Shown: positions 45,216-64,000 of the stretch, one piece after another
Numbering within the stretch: position 1 is the first letter of the stretch
Layout of the letters: each line of letters starts with the position of its first letter
The notes under the pieces: model-generated
Told to the model about the DNA's origin: nothing
Seen by the model: only the letters and a program-made list of their open reading frames with translations
Database searches by the model: none
Origin: Amoebidium appalachense
Lineage: Eukaryota; Protista; Ichthyosporea
Length of the DNA stretch: 64,000 nt
Assembly: GCA_963693365.1 (NCBI GenBank)
Contig: CAVNZM010000010.1
Span: 1,302,001 to 1,366,000 of the forward strand
Direction: 5' to 3'
Translations under genes and position numbers: made by a program

Positions 45216-45337
45216 TTTCGCGCGCTTTTTCCGGCAATAACCATATAAGGTTACTATTCAGTAATATGACGTCACTCCAGTGGCCCTGGAATGCGATTGG
45301 ACAGCGCACACGCAATGTGCCATGCGGGCGGCATTGG
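45216..45337. promoter_or_regulatory. Candidate bidirectional promoter between the PRMT5-like gene and CHCHD4
   Basis: Repeat-free ~830-bp head-to-head interval. It contains TTTCGCGC (E2F-like, 45216-45223), CCATATAAGG (CArG, 45241-45250), TGACGTCA (CRE, 45267-45274) and ATTGG boxes at ~45296 and ~45333. Confidence 0.5.
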
Positions 45338-45693
45338 CTCACTCAACGTGTTTTTCTGCCAGTTGTGTGTTTTAAGTTTCGTGTTTTTCATGTTATTGAC
45401 AATTGCTTAATTGTTCTGTTGTAAAGTAAAAGGAAGTGGACAGTATAGAGGTATTGTGGTCATAGTATTATTTTTTATAACACACGTAACATCTGTTTTG
45501 GTTAAATCTGATCATTTGTTAACGCTTTCACCAACAAAACCGGAAGCATAGTGAGTGTGAGCAAGGAAATAATTCTCTGCTTTTGGTCAGCTATACACTC
45601 TGAAATTCTTTTTTAATTGATTTGTGGTTTAGACCTGCTACTTATCATACAAATTAGGCTTTTTATATTCGTCTATATTTTTAAACGTAAAAA

Positions 45694-45946
45694 ATGTCTT
45701 ACTGCAGAGATGATGGTGGGTCCCCTCCTCCCCCCCCCCCCCCCCCCCCCCCCCCGCCCCCCTCCCCACCCCAGTCCCTGCCCCTCCTTGCAAGTCTTGA
45801 ACCTTTTCCGCTTCTCCACCCACCACTCCGCTGTCCCTCCGTGTTCCCTTTGTTTTTTTGCGTCTGCTTGTGTTTATGCTTGAGTACCACGATGTGATAT
45901 TGTAATGTCTGTTGGTGCCCCTTGCCGTGTCCTATATTCCAACTTC

Positions 45947-45997
<51 letters not shown>

Positions 45998-47990
45998 ACA
46001 CGGACCCATCCAAGGGCACCTCTTCAGTCTTTATTTTCTAGTACGGCGCAATCTGGTTTATGCTCTTTCCGATTCACATGGTGACGATGTTTTTTTTTGT
46101 TTTTTTTACATCATCCTGACGCAGTGCACTTTATTCACCAGACGAAAATTATTAATGATGTCTAGCAAGGTAGCTTAGCTGTTCACAGTAGGATTTTCTG
46201 TCCTCCCAGAAAGCTACTAATGACTGATAGCTCTTTCCTGTCGCGGTAGGCTGGTGGGTGGTGGTGGGAGTGCCTTTTTTCCAACATTCATTTGGCTTGC
46301 TACAATGAACTAGCCCATCCTTCTCCCCCCCTGCCCACCCGGACTACACGCCCTCCCTCCCCCCTCCGACCCCTTTCCCGCCCCCCTCCCCTTCTCCGTC
46401 TCCGTTGCAGCTCGGCAAAACACAACTAGCACAGGTTGTGACAAAGCAAGTCCTTCACGGGTGCTAATACCTAACATGTTGCAATGGCAGGCAAGGACAA
46501 GATTTATTTCCTCACCCAGGAGGACCAGGCAGAGTTGATGAAAGACAATGCTGTCCTGCAGATGGACGACGTAAGATCTCCCCCCCCCCCCCCCCCCTTC
46601 TCTCGCTCCCTCCGCCCCCCTCCCCCTGCCCCGCCGGCCCCGTTTCATGAGGTGAATGGGTAGAAACTTGGGGACCTTGGACTTGGTACTCTGTAACACG
46701 TCCTCCCCCCCCTCCCCACTCCCTCCCCCCTCTCTCCCTCCCCCCTCTCCCCTAGAGGACGACATCTCTTCTTCCTCTCTCTCTCCCTTCCTCTCTCTCT
46801 CCCTTCCTCTCTCTCTCTCTCTCCCTCCCCCTCCCCCCCCCCCCCCCCCCCCCCTCTCTCTCCCCCCCCCCCCCCCCCCCCCCCCCCTTCCCCCCCTAGC
46901 AGCCTCCGTGTGCTTTAGAATCGCACTATCCAGTTTTGCTTGCACCACCCACACACACCCCAGCCACGCACATGCAAAGAGTTTTTGGCAGCGGGAACGT
47001 GGATTATGGCCCCGGGGGGAACGGGTGTGTGTGTGTATGTGTGGGTAGGGGGGAAGGGGGGAGTGAGGAGGGGGAGGAGATTGAACTGGGGAGAACCGGC
47101 ACCCAGATTTTGAGGAAGCTGGGGGGGGGGGGGGGGGGGGAGGGGGGGGGGCCGGGGGGGACAAGGATGTGTGGGATAATATTGTGATTTTGCAGGCAAG
47201 TAGGCGGCCGGGGGGAGGGAGGAGGGGGAGGGGGCGTAGGGTGTATGTGTTTTGGGATGGGGGGGGAGGTGTGCTGGGGGAAAGGGAGAGGGGAGGGGGG
47301 GGGGGGGGGGGAAGTAAGTATGGGGGGGAAGTGCTGACGTTTTTGTGGTGAAGGGAAGTGGATGAGGGAATGGGAATGTGCATGTCACGACTGTGTGTGT
47401 GGTGGAGGTGGGGCTGAGGAAGGAAAGAAGGGGGGAGGGGGAGGGGGGAGGGGGGAGGGGGAGTCAGAAGGGGTGCTTAAGGTGGGAGGGAAGGGTGTGG
47501 GGACAGAGAGAGCTTATGATTCCGTACTATAATTCTCTAAGCTGTGATTCATAAGTATTCAGTTTCTTATCAAACCCCTTTCCGCTCTCTCCAAGGCATA
47601 CACGCACACAAAACATGCTCTCGCCTGCGCAAACACACATATACACATTCATACACATGCCACACACAACACACACACACACACACACACACAGGAGGAC
47701 AGCACGTCAGGCGCCATTAAGCCAAACGGAGAGATCGATTGGGATTGCCCGTGCCTTCAGGGCATGGCTTACGGTATCCCCCTCCCCCCCCCCCCCCCCC
47801 CCCCTCCCCCCCCCCCGGGGCCCCCTTGTTGCTGTCACCCTGTCCCTCTAACTCTCTTGGTCTTCCCAATTCCTTTTGCCCCATCCCTCTTCCCCCCCAG
47901 CCCCTCCCTTCCATCCCTACCCCCTGGATGCCACACACACACTGACACACACTCACACACATACACACACACACACACACATGTACACAT

Positions 47991-48037
<47 letters not shown>

Positions 48038-48354
48038 CATGCACTCGCACTGACACTTGCACAACTTCTCCCTGTCTGCACGCGGCCCACATCTATATTT
48101 ATCAATTCTCTAAACGAGTTGTGTTTGTATGTCTTGATTTTTCAGGCACGGAGTGAGATTCCCTAGGGAGGGGGATGTCTCTGCACGTATCATTTTCAGT
48201 GGATTTAGGGGTGTGGGTGGGTGGGTGGGTGGGTGGGTATGGGGAAGGGGCCGGGGGAGAGGGGGGGGGGGGGGGGGGGGAGAGAGGGAGAGGAGGGGGT
48301 GACGATGCCGTATTTCTCCCCCTCTCCAGCGCTTCTTCTTTTTTCTTTTTTTCT

Positions 48355-48407
<53 letters not shown>

Positions 48408-48477
48408 GGAGTGCATTTGTGTGTTGGTGCGCGCCTGTTTATATGTGTGGGGTTTTTTTGTTACTGGGGATTGGGGC

Positions 48478-48513
<36 letters not shown>

Positions 48514-48915
48514 GGAACTGACAGGCAAAGAGAAAAGAGCAGGAAAGTTGAGTTGATGCGTCCGTGGTGGTGGTGGTGGTGGTGTGGGGGGAGGGGCGGG
48601 GGGGGGGGGGGGGGGGGGGGGGATACGATTTGTTTCTGCTCTGTGAACTACAACTAACCTACAACCCCCCTCCCCCCCCCTTCCCCTCCCCTCCCCTCCC
48701 CTCCCCTCCCCCCCTCCCGGGCGTGCTCTTCGTCTTCAACCTGTGTTTTTGCATTTTGTGTTTTCCAGGTGCATGCGGAGCGGAATTCAGGGAAGCGTTT
48801 TCATGTTTTGTCAAGAGCACAGCGGAGCCAAAGGGGTTGGACTGTGTGGAGAGCTTTGAGAAGATGCAGGCGTGTGTGGCACAGCACCCAGAGTTGTATG
48901 GGGGAGACGATGACA

Positions 48916-48974
<59 letters not shown>

Positions 48975-49011
48975 CGGAGGGGGGAGGGGAAGGGGGGGGG
49001 TGACGGTGCAA

Positions 49012-49042
<31 letters not shown>

Positions 49043-49439
49043 GCGGGGGGAGGGGAAGGGTTGGTGTGTGGGTAATTAAGTGGGGGTGGGTGGATGACCC
49101 CGGGGGGGGGGGGGGGATGGATGGGGGGGTGAGTGTGGGTGGCTGGATGTGTAGGGGTGGGGATTCAGGGGGGGGGGGGGGGGGAGGGGGGGGAGGGGGA
49201 GGGGGAATGTGTGTGTGTGTGTGTGTGCATGTGGGGGGAGGAAGGGGGGGGGGGGGGGGGGTTACGAATAGACGGGTGGGTGTGCGGGTGTGGTGGTGGG
49301 TGTGGGTGGGTGGGTGGGTGGGTGGGTGTGAGTGGATGGGAAAAGGGGGGGGGGGGGGGGGGGGGGATGGTATGGGAGGGGAGGGAGGGGTAGGTGTGTG
49401 TGGGTGTGGGTGTGTTGCATTTTCAGATATACGTTTGTG

Positions 49440-49488
<49 letters not shown>

Positions 49489-49613
49489 CTGCGGTGGGCA
49501 AGGGTATTCAAGTGCCCAAGCCTCTCTGCGTCTTTCTCTTTCACTCTCTTTAGTACAACCAACCCCCCCCCCCCCTCCCCCCTCCCAACACACATACACA
49601 CACACCCCTCCTT

Positions 49614-49662
<49 letters not shown>

Positions 49663-49943
49663 AAAAAAAAAAAAAGGGAAAAAAAAGGGGAAAAAAAAAA
49701 AGCCAATTTATTCCCCACGGTAACGGATCTCTTTTCCACCTCCGGCCCCCGTCCCCCCGGGTTGTATCCTGTGTTGCCCGCAGGGGAGGGTGATGGCTTC
49801 GGCTGTGGTGTGTGTGTGTGTGTTTGTTTGTTGTTTTTTGTTTTATTTTTTTTTTTGACACGGGGGGCTGTTACTGAGAGTCGCATTTCTTTATATTGCA
49901 GAAAACGGACGCTGCCCCAGCAGAGGCACCTGCATCAACATAA
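45694..49943 (+). CDS. CHCHD4: Mitochondrial intermembrane space import oxidoreductase CHCHD4/Mia40 (123 aa, soluble type)
   Basis: Exons 45694-45715, 46491-46570, 47695-47773, 48769-48917, 49902-49943 (TAA). Contains [16 protein letters not shown] (redox CPC) and twin CX9C ([22 protein letters not shown]). N-terminus is [19 protein letters not shown]. Confidence 0.95.
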
Positions 49944-50388
49944 AATTTCATCCTAATTGAACCTTGATTATGAATGACGGAACGGATCGCTCATGCATAC
50001 AATCGATACGTGGGTGGTGATTGCGATTAACGGTGCCTGGCTGCACCGAGACTAAACAGAGTTTAATAAAGCTTCTAATCAGTATGCGTACCTTTCATGT
50101 TTACTTTCCTGCTTATGTTTACATTCCTGTTTACGATGTAACAGTTGTTCTATACAGCCTCTTGCTCTCAACATTGGACTTCTGTCATCAATGGTCAGCT
50201 GCAGTCGTTCATTTTTGCGGGCAACAAGAAAAATCCAAAATGCATACAATCTTCCACATCATGGCATCCGTCGAGTAAATTTAGAGCTACATACCCGGTG
50301 TACCCGGCCTAGTCCCCCCCCCCCCCCCCACACACACACACACACAGACACACACACAATCGCTCCCGCACGCGTGCTATCTCATCGC

Positions 50389-50528
50389 GCGCCAAATTTT
50401 ATTTACACCAATCATAACAGTTATCATATTTGCTCCAATCACATGCAACCTATTCCCTGATCTGTAGCCAATCATAATGCTTTTACGTCACTATTTGTGT
50501 GCTCATTGTTTCGCCTTCGGATGAGTCA
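50389..50528 (+). promoter_or_regulatory. Candidate SelO promoter
   Basis: GCGCCAAA (reverse E2F-like) at 50389-50396. Three CCAAT boxes at 50408, 50435 and 50468. TTACGTCA at ~50483 and TGAGTCA at ~50522. Confidence 0.4.
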
Positions 50529-50787
50529 CAGTTGAACAAAGACACGTGAAAGAGGGAAAAGGCTTTTTTTCGTGTTTATGTTGTACAATCCTTATTGCCT
50601 AGTTCAGTATTGCTTACTGCTTTTGTGGTGCTTGTTCGTCAGCAAAAACAAATTTAGGAAAGGAAGATACCCAAGCGCAAAAACCAGGCACGCGGCTTTT
50701 TTTTTGTTTACAACTTCCACACTTCAGTGGTTGAGTTGGTTTTTTGGTTGCTGATGGGGGCATCAGAACTCGAATCTGCAGCGAAGG

Positions 50788-50838
<51 letters not shown>

Positions 50839-51102
50839 CGCGCGTGTGCGTGTGCGTGTGCGTGTGCCTGCGCGCGTATGTTTGTGGGTTTGTGTGTGTG
50901 TGCGTGTGTGCGCGTGCGTTCTCGTGTGTGCGCGTGCGTTCTCGTGTGTGTGCCTGTGTTTGTGTGTGTGTGTGTGAGGTGTGGGGGGGCAGGGGGACGC
51001 GGGGAGGGGCATTGGGGCAAAAGCCTTAGGTCTGTTTTTGCTGCCATATGATATTCTTTGTGTCCTGATGCGGCTACTTTGCATCAACAACAACCCCCCC
51101 CC

Positions 51103-51133
<31 letters not shown>

Positions 51134-51601
51134 ACATACACACCCACACATGCGCGCTCACACGCCCACAAACACCATCCGTTTCTTTCTATCTGAGATT
51201 GCTGCAAAAGAAATAAGCAATGCCCAAGCACATATACAAGCAAGGCTTTAAAGAAGAACACACATTTCCCATCTTTATCTTGTGACACCTCCCCCCTCCC
51301 TCCCCCCTCCCCCCTAACGATGGTCCTTTTGTGAACCATCTCCCTAACCCTCCATCTCTTCCTCCTGGTCGACACGAGCGACCCGACGTGCTTCGCTTTT
51401 TGCACTCCTGCCTTTTTATACATTTTGCACCCCCTCCCCCCTTCCCCCCGTCCCCCTCCCCCCCTCCCCCCCCCCCCCCCCCCCCCCTTCAAACAAACAA
51501 ACACGCACACACACATACACACATTCACCGAGAGGCACACTCACACACACTCACATACAGATACACACACAAGTACTTCCCGACAACCAACATCATCTGG
51601 C

Positions 51602-64000
<12,399 letters not shown>

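Overview
Intron-rich eukaryotic DNA in which introns and intergenic regions are packed with (CA/GT)n, (CT/GA)n and hexamer microsatellites and 15-80 nt G/C/A/T homopolymers. Almost all ORFs in the six-frame track are artefacts of these repeats. By reading GT-AG splice sites and checking exon phases by hand I assembled six genes. (1) A 5'-truncated class I cyclic-nucleotide phosphodiesterase carrying a PH domain (+, 765-13512). (2) An orphan secreted coiled-coil protein (-, 16009-18099). (3) A ~790-aa probably nuclear protein with two duplicated SAND/TDBD-like Cys/His domains and a SUMO-interacting motif (-, 24618-32907). (4) A 415-aa PRMT5-family arginine methyltransferase that lacks the TIM barrel and has type I-like specificity residues (-, 35531-44867). 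(5) CHCHD4/Mia40 with an animal-type N-terminal segment (+, 45694-49943). (6) A 3'-truncated SelO (+, 51602 to window end). Several foldback/MITE-like elements, a dispersed ~140-bp intronic repeat and tandem duplications spanning splice sites are also present. The CHCHD4 N-terminus hints at a holozoan-like organism, which is inference only. The strongest novelty candidate is the mini-PRMT5. All family assignments are from remembered motifs, not database searches.
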